Shown here: positions 9,954 to 20,795 of the stretch, piece by piece | How positions within the stretch are numbered: the first letter of the stretch is position 1 | Layout of the letters: every line of letters begins with the position of its first letter | NCBI GenBank assembly: GCA_963847325.1 | Contig: CAWJZD010000003.1 | Span: 70,753-134,752 of the forward strand | DNA: 64,000 bases | Direction of reading: 5' to 3' | DNA from: an uncultured Alphaproteobacteria bacterium | GTDB taxonomy: Bacteria > Pseudomonadota > Alphaproteobacteria > Rhizobiales > Xanthobacteraceae | Position numbers and translations under genes: made by a program | The notes under the pieces: model-generated | What the model saw: only the letters and a program-made list of their open reading frames with translations | Told to the model about the DNA's origin: nothing | Databases searched by the model: none

Positions 9954-10826
9954 ATGGGTAAATTCCTCATCGAGCCGCATTTCCGCCTCCAGGAATGGAT
10001 TGCGCACGACAAAGGCTATTTCACCGACGAAGGCCTCGACTACGAATTCCGCGAGACCGTGCGCTCCTCCGACGGCAAGGTGCACGACAAGGGCGACAAG
10101 ATCGGCGCCATGCAATCGTTCGAGGCCGGCCGCAAGGCGGACGTGTCCTGCGCGTGCCACTGGACCGTGAACGTTGCCGCATCGAAGGGCCATGGCCGCA
10201 TGGCGTCCGAAGTCTATTCGGTGTCGCCGGCCGGAGTCTTCGTGCAGCCCGACAGCAAGATCAAAACACCGGAAGATCTCGCCGGCGTGCCGATCTCGGT
10301 CGGTTACCAGTCAGGCAGTCACTACGCGACCATCCAGGCGCTCGAGCAGTTCATCCCGCAAGACAAGATGAACCTGGTCTATTCGGACGGCATGCTGTTC
10401 GCGCGCATGGACAGACTGATCGAAGGCCAGGCGCCGGCGGTGCATCTGTTCAGCGGGCCGTACTATTTCGCCGAACAGCTCGGCTTCCGCAAAATCCTCG
10501 ACACCACCTTCATGATCGGAATGATGATCCACAACGACCCCGATCCCGAGGACCTGCGCAAATTCTATCGCGCGCTGCGCCGCGCACAGCGCGACCTCGA
10601 CCTGCGGCCGGAGCAGTACACGCACTACTTCCTCAAGGAATTTCCCGAGCGCTATCACGCCAAGATGGACACCAGGCGCTGGGGGCCGGGCGAGCGGTTG
10701 GTGTTCGAGCCCTACACCAAGGAGTTCTACGAGGACGCCCGCGACTGGATCGCCAAGCACGGCATCTTTCCGGACGGCAATCTGGGCACCGGCGAGTACG
10801 ACCGGGCCACCATGGCGGTCAGTTAG
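9954..10826 (+). CDS. NMT1/THI5/SsuA-fold (type II PBP) protein without signal peptide
   Basis: WIAHDKGYFTDEGLDYE and PDSKIKTPEDLAG are typical of SsuA/NMT1. The N-terminus is charged and has no hydrophobic stretch. Contains SCACHW. Confidence 0.75.
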   Translation: MGKFLIEPHFRLQEWIAHDKGYFTDEGLDYEFRETVRSSDGKVHDKGDKIGAMQSFEAGRKADVSCACHWTVNVAASKGHGRMASEVYSVSPAGVFVQPDSKIKTPEDLAGVPISVGYQSGSHYATIQALEQFIPQDKMNLVYSDGMLFARMDRLIEGQAPAVHLFSGPYYFAEQLGFRKILDTTFMIGMMIHNDPDPEDLRKFYRALRRAQRDLDLRPEQYTHYFLKEFPERYHAKMDTRRWGPGERLVFEPYTKEFYEDARDWIAKHGIFPDGNLGTGEYDRATMAVS

Positions 10827-10857
10827 CCGCCAGCCCGTTCCATTCAGACAAAAGGCC

Positions 10858-10890
10858 GCGCCGTGGGCGTCTCCCACGGCGCTTTTCTTT
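10858..10890 (+). terminator. Intrinsic terminator
   Basis: GCGCCGTGGG-CGTCT-CCCACGGCGC followed by TTTTCTTT. Confidence 0.75.
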
Positions 10891-10962
10891 ACCGGAAAGC
10901 TGGGGCATTCTCCGGCCAATAATTTGATATCAAACAATCCGTATCAGGGGAGGATAAAGCTA

Positions 10963-12132
10963 ATGAAACGCATATTGCTTGCCGGCATCAGCCTGCTGGC
11001 TGCAGCGGTCATCTCAGGCGCCGCCAGCGCGCAGGACACGATCAAGATCGGCGTGATCGCCGCTTTCTCGGGCCAGTTTGCTGACACCGCGGCCCAGATC
11101 GACAACGGCATCAAGCTCTACATGAAGCAGAAGGGCGACACGGTCGCCGGCAAGAAGATCGAGATCATCCGCAAGGACACCGGCGGCCCGAATCCGGACG
11201 TCGCCAAGCGTCTCGCCCAGGAGCTGGTGGTGCGTGACAAGGTCGACATCCTGGCCGGCTTCACCCTGACGCCGGAGGCGCTCGGCGCCGCGGACGTCGC
11301 GACCGAAGCGAAGAAGCTGATGATGGACATGAACGCGGCCACCTCGGTGATCACCGAGAAGTCGCCCTACATCGTGCGCTCCTCGCTGACCCTGCCGCAG
11401 ATCTCGGTGACGGCCGGCAACTGGCTCGCCACCAAAGGCGGCGCCAAGAAGGCCTACACGATGGTGTCCGACTTCGGTCCGGGCATCGACGCCGAAACCT
11501 GGTTCCAGAAAGGCTTCAAGGATGCCGGCGGCGAGATCGTCGGCTCGGTGCGCATGCCGATCGCCAATCCGGACTTCTCGGCGTTCATCCAGCGCGCCAA
11601 GGACCTCAATCCGGAAGCCATCTTCGTGTTCGTTCCGGGCGGCGCGCAGCCGGCCGCAATCGGCAAGGCTTTCGCCGAGCGGCAGATCGACCCGAAGAAG
11701 GTCAAGATCATGTCGAGCGGCGAGCCGGTCGACGAGCAGGCCATCAAGGCGATGGGCGAAATCGCGATCGATCGCCTGAGCGCCTGGCACTATGACTACA
11801 ACCACAAGTCCAAGACCAACGACGACTTCGTCAAGGCGTTCAATGCCGAGTTCAAGCGCAACCCCGACTTCTTCGCGGTCGGCGGCTATGACGGCATGCA
11901 CCTCATCTACGAGGGCTTGAAGAAGACCGGCGGCAAGGCCGACGGCGATGCGCTGGTCGGCGCCATCAAGGGCATGAAGTGGGAGAGCCCGCGCGGCCCG
12001 GCCATGATCGACCCGGCCACCCGGGACATCGTGCAGAACGTCTATATCCGGCGCGTGCAGAAGGTCGGCAACAATATCGTCAATGTCGACATCGACACGA
12101 TCAAGGACGTCAAGGATCCGACGCACAAATAA
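10963..12132 (+). CDS. Liv/HAAT-family ABC transporter substrate-binding protein
   Basis: Signal peptide, IKIGVIAAFSG, DFGPGID, WESPRGP. GGGGAGG RBS upstream of ATG 10963. Confidence 0.92.
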   Translation: MKRILLAGISLLAAAVISGAASAQDTIKIGVIAAFSGQFADTAAQIDNGIKLYMKQKGDTVAGKKIEIIRKDTGGPNPDVAKRLAQELVVRDKVDILAGFTLTPEALGAADVATEAKKLMMDMNAATSVITEKSPYIVRSSLTLPQISVTAGNWLATKGGAKKAYTMVSDFGPGIDAETWFQKGFKDAGGEIVGSVRMPIANPDFSAFIQRAKDLNPEAIFVFVPGGAQPAAIGKAFAERQIDPKKVKIMSSGEPVDEQAIKAMGEIAIDRLSAWHYDYNHKSKTNDDFVKAFNAEFKRNPDFFAVGGYDGMHLIYEGLKKTGGKADGDALVGAIKGMKWESPRGPAMIDPATRDIVQNVYIRRVQKVGNNIVNVDIDTIKDVKDPTHK

Positions 12133-12153
12133 CCCGCGTCGACTCGCAATCCA

Positions 12154-12183
12154 GGATGGGCCGGTCGTAAGATCGGCCCATCC
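12154..12183. repeat. Stem-loop between SBP and permease genes (likely mRNA stabiliser)
   Basis: GGATGGGCCGGTC-GTAA-GATCGGCCCATCC with no U-tract. Confidence 0.6.
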
Positions 12184-12208
12184 GCGCATCTAGGGCACCG
12201 CCAGCAGC

Positions 12209-13073
12209 ATGCTTCCTCCGGTCTTCGGCGTGATCTTCGACGGCATTGCCTACGGGATGCTGCTGTTCGTCCTGTCGGTCGGCCTCTCCGTCACGCTCGG
12301 CCTGATGAACTTTGTGAACCTCGCGCATTGCGCCTTCGCGATGCTCGGCGGCTACATCAGCGTCTATCTGGTGAACGACTATCACTGGCCGTTCCTGGCG
12401 ACGCTGCCGGCCGCATTCATCGTCACCGCGATCGTGAGCGTGTTCTTCGAGCGGGTGTTCTACCGGCGGCTCTATCGCTCGAGCGACCTCGACCAGGTGC
12501 TGCTCACGATCGGCCTTGCTTTCATCTCGGTGGCCGCCGCGGCCTATTTCTTCGGCACCGTCCAGCAGCCGGTACAGACGCCGACCCTGTTGCGCGGCAG
12601 CTTCAACTTCTTCGGGCTCGAGCCTCGGCAATTACCGGCTGTTCCTGATCGGCGTCGCGCTGGCGGTGACCGTCGCGCTGGTGCTGGCGCTCGAATACAC
12701 GCGGTTCGGCGCCATGGTCCGCGCCGCGGTCGATAACCAGCGCATGGCGCGCGGCCTCGGCATCAACGTCGATACGACCTTCGCGGTCACCTTCGCGCTC
12801 GGCTCCGGCCTCGCCGGGCTTGGCGGCGCACTGGCGATCGAGATCGTCGGGCTCGATCCGAATTTCTCCCTCGCCCTGCTGGTCTATGTGCTCATCATCG
12901 TATCGGTCGGCGGGCTCGGCTCCATTGTCGGCTCATTCGCCGCCGCGATCCTGATCGGCATCAGCGATATTGCCGGCAAGTATTACGCGCCCGAATACGG
13001 GGCCTTCTTCATCTATCTCGTGATGGTGGCCGTGCTGATGTGGAAGCCGGCCGGCCTGTTCGGGAAGCGCTGA
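12209..13073 (+). CDS. LivH-type ABC permease (one frameshift near 12623)
   Basis: GLSVTLGLMNFVNLAH in ORF 12209 continues as YTRFGAMVRA...GGLGS...WKPAGLFG in ORF 12516. Confidence 0.88.
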
Positions 13074-13075
13074 GC

Positions 13076-14064
13076 ATGTCCGTCACCACCGTCACATCGC
13101 CGCAAGGCTATCTCCAGGCCCAGAGCCGCTGGCATCCGTTCGAGATCGTGTTCTGGCTCTCGCTGCTGCTGCCCTATGTCCTGTTCCCGGATTACCTGTC
13201 GCTGGCGAGCCAGATCGCGATCACCGCGCTGTTCGCGCTCTCGCTCGACCTGATCCTCGGCTACGCCGGCGTGGTTTCGCTCGGCCATGCGGCCTTCTTC
13301 GGGATCGGCGCCTACACGGCCGGCATCTTTTCCAAATATCGTCTGGGGCGAGCCGGTCACCGGTCTGCTGGTCGCCGCGGTGGTGGCCGGGGTGGCCGGG
13401 TTCGCGACCAGCTTCATCGTCGCGCGCTTCCGGCATCTGACGCTCATCATGATCACGCTCGGCATCGGCCTGATCGCCGCACGAGTTTGCCAACCGCGCG
13501 CACTGGCTGACCGGCGGCTCCGACAGCCTGCAGGGCATCAGCATCGGCAAGGTGCTCGGCATCTTCCGCTTCGATCTCTACGGCTACACCGCCTACACCT
13601 ACTCGCTGATCCTGCTGTTCGTGGTTTTCCTCGGGGTGCGCCGCCTCGTGCACTCGCCGTTCGGCCTCGCGCTGCGCGGCATTCGCGAGAACTGGGTGCG
13701 CATGCCGGCGATCGGCGCGAACAGCCAGGCCCATATCCGCAAGGCCTACACCATCGCCGCCCTCATCGCCGGCATTGCCGGCGCGGCACTGACGCAGACC
13801 ACGCAGACCGCCGCGCTCGGCTCGATCAGCTTCGAGCGCTCGGCCGACGTGCTGGTGATGCTGGTGCTCGGCGGCGCCGGCCGGCTCTATGGCGGCATCA
13901 TCGGCGCGGCGATCTTCATGATCGCGCGCGACCAGTTCTCCGGCATCGCGCCGCAATTCTGGTATTTCTGGATCGGTCTGCTTGCTGGTCGGCGTCGTGA
14001 TGTTCCTGCCGAACGGCGTGCTCGGTGGCCTGTCCGACCTTTACGCTCGCTGGAGGCGAAGTGA
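13076..14064 (+). CDS. LivM-type ABC permease (several frameshifts)
   Basis: LILGYAGVVSLGHAAFFGIGAY, TGGSD, SPFGLALRGIREN, VLGGAG, FLPNGVLG are spread over successive frames (shifts near 13340, 13480, 13983). Confidence 0.85.
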
Positions 14065-14094
14065 GCGAGCAAGTGAGCGAACAAGTGAGCGAGA
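14059..14094 (+). repeat. 3 x 12-nt tandem repeat at the livM/livG junction
   Basis: AAGTGAGCGAGC AAGTGAGCGAAC AAGTGAGCGAGA, encoding VSEQVSEQVSE. Confidence 0.85.
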
Positions 14095-14842
14095 TCGCGC
14101 TCTCCACCCGCGCGCTCGGCAAGAATTTCGGCTCGCTGGTCGTTGCCCGCGACATCGAGATCAACCTGCCGAAAGGCGTGCGCTACGCGCTGATCGGCCC
14201 AAACGGCGCCGGCAAGACGACGTTGATCAACCTGATCACCGGCATGCTGCCGCCCGACCAGGGGCAGATTTTTCTCGGCGGCGAGGAGATCACCAGGCTC
14301 AGCCCGCAGGATCGGGTCCGCCGTGGGCTGGCGCGCACCTTCCAGATCAACACGCTGTTCCCCAGGCTCGAGCGCGCTGGAAGCCGTGACGCTCGCGGTC
14401 GAGGAGCGGCGTAATCTGACCGGCCACTTCTGGCAGAACCTGGCGAGCCACAAAGACTCGATCGACGAGGCCTACGATATTCTCAAGACGCTGCGGCTCG
14501 GCGATGACGCATATCGCACGACTCGCGAACTCCCTTACGGCAAGCAGCGCCTGCTCGAGATCGCCCTCGCTTTGGCGACCAGGCCGAAAGTGCTGCTGCT
14601 CGACGAGCCGGCCGCCGGCGTGCCGCATGAGGAATCCGGCGACGTGTTCGAGGCGGTGGCGAATCTCTCCGAGCGATCTGACGCTGCTGTTCATCGAGCA
14701 CGACATGCACGTCGTGTTCCGCTTCGCCAGCCACATCATTGTGCTGGTCGGCGGCGCGATCTTCACGCAAGGCACGCCGGCCGAGATTTCCGCCGACCCG
14801 CGCGTGCGCGAGGTCTATCTGGGGACGCGCAAGCATGGCTGA
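14061..14842 (+). CDS. LivG-type ABC ATPase (frameshifted)
   Basis: GPNGAGKTT, LPYGKQRLLEIA, LLLDEPAAG, IEHDM across three frames. Confidence 0.87.
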
Positions 14843-15556
14843 ACGCGATCCTCTCACTGAACAAAGTGCGCGCCGGCTACGGCGACGCCGTGGTGCTGCA
14901 AGACGTCAGCGTCGCGGTGCCGGAGAACGGCGCGCTTGCCGTGCTCGGCCGCAATGGCGTCGGTAAATCGACCATGCTGCTGACCATCATGGGCAATACG
15001 CAATTGCGCAGCGGCACCATTACCTTCCGCGGCACCGACATTTCACGGATGCCGCCGCACAGCCGGGCCCGCACGCGGCATTGGCTGGGTGGCGCAGGAG
15101 CGCGAGATTTTCCCGTCGTTGACGGTCGAGGAAAACCTCACCACCACGGCGCGGCAGGGAAAGTGGGACCTCGCGGCGGCGTACAAGATGTTTCCGCGCC
15201 TGCAGGAACGCCGCCGCAACATGGGCAACCAGCTTTCAGGTGGTGAACAGCAGATGCTCGCCATCGCGCGGGCGCTGATGACCAACCCCTCGCTGCTGCT
15301 GCTCGACGAGCCGCTGGAGGGCCTGGCGCCGGTGATCGTCGAAGAACTGATCACCGCCATCAAGCTGATGGTGGCCGACAAGAGCACGGCAATCGTTCTG
15401 GTCGAGCAGCACACCGATATCGCGCTGGAACTGACCGAGGATGCCATCGTGCTGGAGCGCGGCGCGATTGTCTGGAGCGGCAAGTCTTCCGATCTGGCGA
15501 AAGACAGCGCCACGCTCGACCGCTTCGTGGGATTGCGCGTCGCCGCGCACGCGTGA
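14835..15556 (+). CDS. LivF-type ABC ATPase (frameshifted)
   Basis: GRNGVGKST, LSGGEQQMLAIARAL, LLLDEPLEGLAP, VEQ. Confidence 0.87.
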
Positions 15557-15587
15557 GATGCTACCGGCCTGAAGCCGGAGTAGCGTC

Positions 15588-16490
15588 ATGTCCAGTCCAA
15601 TGATCCCGCGCGAGCGCGCCGAATATTCGGCGATCGTCGATCGCCCGCCCCTCAAATTGCCGGGCAAGGCGCGCATCGTGTTCTGGAGCATCGTCAATTA
15701 CGAGGTGTGGGACATCCATAAGCCGATGGCGCGCCAGCTCCTGCCCGCCCCAACCGGCGTGCCGCTGATGCCGGACGTGGTGCACTGGGGCTTCCACGAA
15801 TATGGCATGCGGGTCGGCTGCTGGCGCTTCTTCGACCTCTACAAGAAGCTCGGCATCAAGCCGACGCTCGCCGCCAATGCCCGCATTTGCGAGGACTATC
15901 CGCGCGTCGCGCAAGAGGCGCGCGATGCCGGCTGGGAGTTCATGGGCCACGCCTATGAGCAAGGGCCGATCCACAAGGAGACCGATCAGGCCGGCATGAT
16001 CAACCGCACCATGGACATCATGGAGAAATATTGCGGCAAGCGGCCGGTCGGCTGGCTCGGACCTGGCCTGACGCAGACTTTGGAGACGCCAGAGCTGCTC
16101 GCCGCGGCCGGCGTCAAATATATCGGCGACTGGGTCTATGACGACGAGCCGACGGTGATCAAAACGGCCAAAGGGCCGCTGGTCACGCTGCCCTACACGA
16201 TCGAGTGCAACGACATCCCGGTGATGATCGTCCAGCACCACAACAGCGACTACCTGCTGCAGCTGGTGAAGGACCAGTTCGACCGGCTCTATCAGGAGAG
16301 CGAGCAGCGCGCGAAGTTCGTCGCGCTGGCGATCCACCCTTACATTTCGGGCCAGCCGCACCGCATCAAGTACCTCGAGCAGATCTACGACTACGTGAAC
16401 AAGCACGAGGGCGTGCTGCACTGGAACGGCGAGCAGATCTACGACTGGTATCGCGGCATCGCCGCGCAGCAATTGAGGGCCGCGGAATGA
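15588..16490 (+). CDS. CE4/polysaccharide-deacetylase-fold hydrolase, PuuE/allantoinase-like (paralog 1)
   Basis: [45 protein letters not shown]. No signal peptide. Confidence 0.88.
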   Translation: MSSPMIPRERAEYSAIVDRPPLKLPGKARIVFWSIVNYEVWDIHKPMARQLLPAPTGVPLMPDVVHWGFHEYGMRVGCWRFFDLYKKLGIKPTLAANARICEDYPRVAQEARDAGWEFMGHAYEQGPIHKETDQAGMINRTMDIMEKYCGKRPVGWLGPGLTQTLETPELLAAAGVKYIGDWVYDDEPTVIKTAKGPLVTLPYTIECNDIPVMIVQHHNSDYLLQLVKDQFDRLYQESEQRAKFVALAIHPYISGQPHRIKYLEQIYDYVNKHEGVLHWNGEQIYDWYRGIAAQQLRAAE

Positions 16491-17395
16491 ATTTCCCCAA
16501 GCCCAACGTCGGCATGCTGCCGGGCGACCGCCTCGCCTACTCGCCGATCATCAACCGCAAGCCGCTGCGGCTGCCGAAAAAGGCCCGCATGGTGGTGTGG
16601 ACCATCACCAACGTCGAGGAGTGGGACCCGACCCAGACCATGCCGCGCACGGTGCTGACGCCGCCGGCCGGCGGCTCGCCGATGCCCGACATCCCGAACT
16701 GGTGCTGGCATGAATACGGCAACCGCGTCGGCTTCTGGCGGCTCTTGAAGGTCTATGACGACTTCAAGATTCCCGGCGTGATGAACATCAATGGCGTTGC
16801 GGTCGAGGCTTTCCCGGAGATCGTTCAGGCCTGTGTCGAGCGCAAATGGGAATTCGTCGGCCACGGCTTCACCCAGCGCAACATGCAGAAGGTCGAGAAC
16901 GAGCGCGCCGACATCAAGAAGAGCGCAGAGGTGTTCGAGAAGGTGACCGGCGAGCGCCCGCGCGGCTGGCTCGGACCGGGCCTCACCGAGACCTGGGAGA
17001 CGCCGGATATCCTCGCCGAGGAAGGCTACGACTACGTCGCCGATTGGGTGCTCGACGATCAGCCGGTGTGGCTCAAGACCCGCGGCAAGCCGATCGTCAA
17101 CATTCCCTACACGCAGGAATGCAACGACGTCGCGATGATGCTGATCCAGCATCACAAGGCGTCGGAGTTCTACGAGCGGGCGATGGATCAGTTCGAGCAG
17201 ATCTACAAGGACGCCAAGGACTCGGCGCGCTGCATGGCGATCTCGGTGCACCCCTACATCATGGGTGCGCCGCACCGCGCCAAGTATTTCCGCAAGATCT
17301 TCGAGAAGATTCGTAAAAAGAACGACGTGTTGTTCTGGACCGGTTCGCAGATTCTGGACTGGTATCTCAAGGTCGGGCCGAAACCGCCCCAGTAA
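16487..17395 (+). CDS. CE4/PuuE-like hydrolase (paralog 2)
   Basis: The true start is ATG 16487, overlapping the previous stop (ATGA). NVEEW, HEYGNRVG, GHGFTQ, GWLGPG, VHPYIMGAPHR. Confidence 0.88.
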   Translation: MNFPKPNVGMLPGDRLAYSPIINRKPLRLPKKARMVVWTITNVEEWDPTQTMPRTVLTPPAGGSPMPDIPNWCWHEYGNRVGFWRLLKVYDDFKIPGVMNINGVAVEAFPEIVQACVERKWEFVGHGFTQRNMQKVENERADIKKSAEVFEKVTGERPRGWLGPGLTETWETPDILAEEGYDYVADWVLDDQPVWLKTRGKPIVNIPYTQECNDVAMMLIQHHKASEFYERAMDQFEQIYKDAKDSARCMAISVHPYIMGAPHRAKYFRKIFEKIRKKNDVLFWTGSQILDWYLKVGPKPPQ

Positions 17396-17397
17396 CA

Positions 17398-18280
17398 ATG
17401 GCGATGCATCCACGCGAACGGCTGGCTTACGCCCCGATCGAAGGCCGGCCGCCGCTCAAGTTTCCGGCCGGCGTGCGGCTGGTCGTCTGGCCGGTGCTGG
17501 CGCTGGAAGAGTGGGACATGAGCCGGCCGATGGCGCGGATGGTGATCTCACCGCCGCAGGGCCAGCCGATGCAGCCGGACCACCCCAACTGGAGCTGGCA
17601 CGAATACGGCATGCGGGTCGGCTTCTGGCGGCTGCGCAAGATGCTGCAGCGACTGAAGATCTCGCCGACCGTCACGCTCAATGCGCGAGTCTGCGAGACC
17701 TATCCGCAGGTGGTGCGAGCCTGCGTCGATCTCGGCTGGGAGCTCAACGCCCACAGCTACGACCAGGTGCCGATGCACAAGCTCGATGACCAGCGCGCGG
17801 TCATCAGGAAATCGATGGACATCATCGAGAAGTTCGGCGGCAAGCGGCCGCGCGGCTGGTTCGGGCCCGGACTGACGCAGACATTCGACACGCTCGATTA
17901 TCTGTCAGAGGCCGGCGTCGAATATATCGGCGACTGGGTGCTGGACGACGAGCCGGTCACGCTCAAGACCACGCATAAGCCCATCGTGGCCCTGCCCTAC
18001 AATTTCGAGATCCACGACATCGTCATGATGGCGCTGCAGCATCATCCGTCCGACATGCTGGTACGCGCGCGCGCATGGATCACTTCAACTGCCTCTATGC
18101 GGAAGCGGCCGAACGGCCGAAGATCATGGCGATCGCCTGCCATCCCTATCTGTCGGGCGTGCCGCACCGGATCGGCCATGTGCAGCGGACGTTCGAGGAA
18201 ATTCTGGGCCATGATGGCGTGGTCGCCTGGGACGGCGAGCAAGATTCTCGATTGGTATCTCGGCGCAGCGAAAGCCGTAA
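17398..18280 (+). CDS. CE4/PuuE-like hydrolase (paralog 3; frameshifted near 3' end)
   Basis: [25 protein letters not shown]. The C-terminal [11 protein letters not shown] is in ORF 18075 and ILDWY follows in another frame. Likely stop is TAA 18278-18280. Confidence 0.83.
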
Positions 18281-18287
18281 GACTGCA

Positions 18288-19488
18288 ATGGCGTCGCAAT
18301 CTATCGCTCAGCCTTTGTGCCGCACGATCTGCGCGCCCCTTGATCGGGCGCAAGCTCGGGGCCGCTCGCCGGCCTCACCGCCGTCGTCAAGGACATGTAC
18401 GCGATCGCCGGCGAGAAGACCGGCGCCGGCAATCCGGACTGGCTTGCGGCGGCGGAGCCCGCGACAGCGCACGCGCCGGCGGTGCAGAAGCTGCTCGACG
18501 CCGGCGCCACCATCATCGGCAAGACGATCTGCGACGAATTTTTCTACAGCGTCACCGGCGATGAACGCGCATTACGGCACGCCGGTGAATGCCGCGCGCG
18601 CCGGGCCGGCTTCCCGGCGGCTCGTCGATCCGGCTCGGCCGCGGCGGTCGGCGCCGGCATCTGCCGACTTCGCGCTCGGCAGCGACACCGGCGGCTCGGT
18701 GCGCATTCCCGCGTCGCTCAACGGCATTTACGGCCTTCGGCCGACCCATGGCCGGATCGACGCAGCCGGCGCGATAGCGATGGCGCCGTCGCTCGACGTC
18801 TGCGGGATTTTTCGCGGCGACGCCGGGCGTGTTCAGAAATACCGGCTATGTGCTGCTCGACGAGCGTCGGGTGCACAGCAAGATCACCCGCATTTTCCTG
18901 CTGGAGGATGCCTTTGCCGAAGCCGACCCGGCACTGGCCGAGAGCTTGCGCACGCTGCTCGAGTTCATGGCGGACGATCTGCCTGTGGTCGAGCACGCCA
19001 AGCTGGCGCCGGAAGGCTTCGACCCCTGGCGCGAGGCGATGCGGGTCGTGCAGGGCTACGAGGTCTGGCAGAGCTTCGGTGATTTCGTCCGCCGCCATAA
19101 TCCGAAATGCGGCCCCGGCGTGCGCGAGCGGATGGAGTTCGCTGCGATCGGTCACGCCGGAGCAGTTCGAAGCGGCGAGCGCGGTGCGAAAGAAAGTCCT
19201 GGACCACGTCTATGGCGTGGTCACGCCGGGCACGTGCTCGTTCTCCCCACTTCGCCGTCGATCGCGCCGCGCATCGATTCAACCGAGGCTGAATTCGACG
19301 CGTTTCGCACCCGCGTGATGCGGCTGACCTGCACGGCAAGCCTGACCGGCCTGCCGCAGATGAGCATTCCGGCGGCGCTCGTGAATGGCTGTCCGGCCGG
19401 GCTTTCCTTCATCGGCTGGGCCGGCGGCGACGAAGCCTTGCTCGATCTCGCCTTTGTGCTGTCGCGCCACCTCGGCATCGCCGTCTGA
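18288..19488 (+). CDS. Amidase-signature family amidase (multiple frameshifts)
   Basis: [60 protein letters not shown] pieced together across frames. Confidence 0.85.
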
Positions 19489-19558
19489 GCATCGGCGGCG
19501 CCGGGGCCGCTTTCCTTCCCGTCGCCCGCTCGTCTAGGATTGCAAGGCAACGATAACC

Positions 19559-20740
19559 ATGGAGGGATTCATGCTCCGCAAGAACCATGCGACTGCGCTT
19601 CTGGCCGGCGCGGCGCTTATCGCCGCGGTCAGCGTTACTGAGGCGAAGGACAAGGTGAAGGTTGGCTTCATCGGCCCGCTGACCGGCGGCGTGTCGGTCA
19701 ACGGCATAGGCGGCCGAAATTCAGCCGATCTCGCCGTGAAGCTGCGCAACGCCGACGCCAAGGCAAAGTACGAATACGAGCTGGTCGTGCTCGACGACGA
19801 GTGCAAGCCGAACGTCGCCGTGCAGGTCGCCACCAAGATGGCGGCCGACAAGGAAATCATCGCCGGCGCCACGCATTACTGCTCGGCGACCGCAATCGCG
19901 ACCGTCGACACCTACCACAAGTTCAACTTCCCGATCATCGTATGGGGCGCGGTGCTGCCCGACATCACCTACCGCAACAAGTATCCGGAGGTGCATCGGG
20001 TCAACGGCACGATGATCAACCAGAACGACGCCAACGCCGACCTGGTCTCCAGTCTCGGCTACACGACGATCGCGGTGATCCACGACACCACCGACTACGG
20101 CAAGGGCCACAACGATTACTTCAGCAAGGCGATCGCCAAGATCGGCAAGGCGAAGATCGTCGGCACCTTCGGCGTCACCGCCGACCAGCAGGACTTCACC
20201 GCCGAGCTGACCAAGATCAAGTCGCTCAATCCGCAGGTGATCTATTTCGGCGGCTTGACGCCGATCGGCGTGCGCATCCGCCAGCAGATGGACAAGCTCG
20301 GCATCAACGCCGTGTTTGACGGCACGTCGGGCATTGTGTCGGACGCCTATATCCAGGGTCTCGGACCGCTGGCGGAAGGCTCGCTTGCGTTCCGCGAAGG
20401 CGCGCCGACCGAGAAACTGCCGGGTGGCAAGTTCTTCATGGAGAAATACACCGCCGCCAAATACGACAACCCGCCTGAGGCCTATGGCGCGTTCGCCTTC
20501 GCCGCGATGGATATGATCTTGGACACGATCGAGAAGGTCGGGCCGGATCGCAAGAAGGTCATCGCCGACCTTGCCAATGTGAAGGATCGCGATTCGATCG
20601 TCGGCAAGATCACCTTTGACGACCACGGCCAGAACACCGTCGCGATCATCACCAAATATGTGATCCAGGACGGCAAGTTCGTCGAATGGGACGACAGCGA
20701 GTACAAGACCGGCAAGCGCAAGCTGCCGGGACAGAAGTAA
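19559..20740 (+). CDS. Liv/HAAT-family ABC substrate-binding protein (second system)
   Basis: Signal peptide, KVGFIGPLTG, DDECKP, HYCSAT, HDTTDYGKG. The start may be the ATG at 19571. Confidence 0.92.
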   Translation: MEGFMLRKNHATALLAGAALIAAVSVTEAKDKVKVGFIGPLTGGVSVNGIGGRNSADLAVKLRNADAKAKYEYELVVLDDECKPNVAVQVATKMAADKEIIAGATHYCSATAIATVDTYHKFNFPIIVWGAVLPDITYRNKYPEVHRVNGTMINQNDANADLVSSLGYTTIAVIHDTTDYGKGHNDYFSKAIAKIGKAKIVGTFGVTADQQDFTAELTKIKSLNPQVIYFGGLTPIGVRIRQQMDKLGINAVFDGTSGIVSDAYIQGLGPLAEGSLAFREGAPTEKLPGGKFFMEKYTAAKYDNPPEAYGAFAFAAMDMILDTIEKVGPDRKKVIADLANVKDRDSIVGKITFDDHGQNTVAIITKYVIQDGKFVEWDDSEYKTGKRKLPGQK

Positions 20741-20795
20741 CTCAACGCGGGGCGCAAGTTAGCGCCCCGCTTTCTCTCCAGGCCGGAAGACTCGC

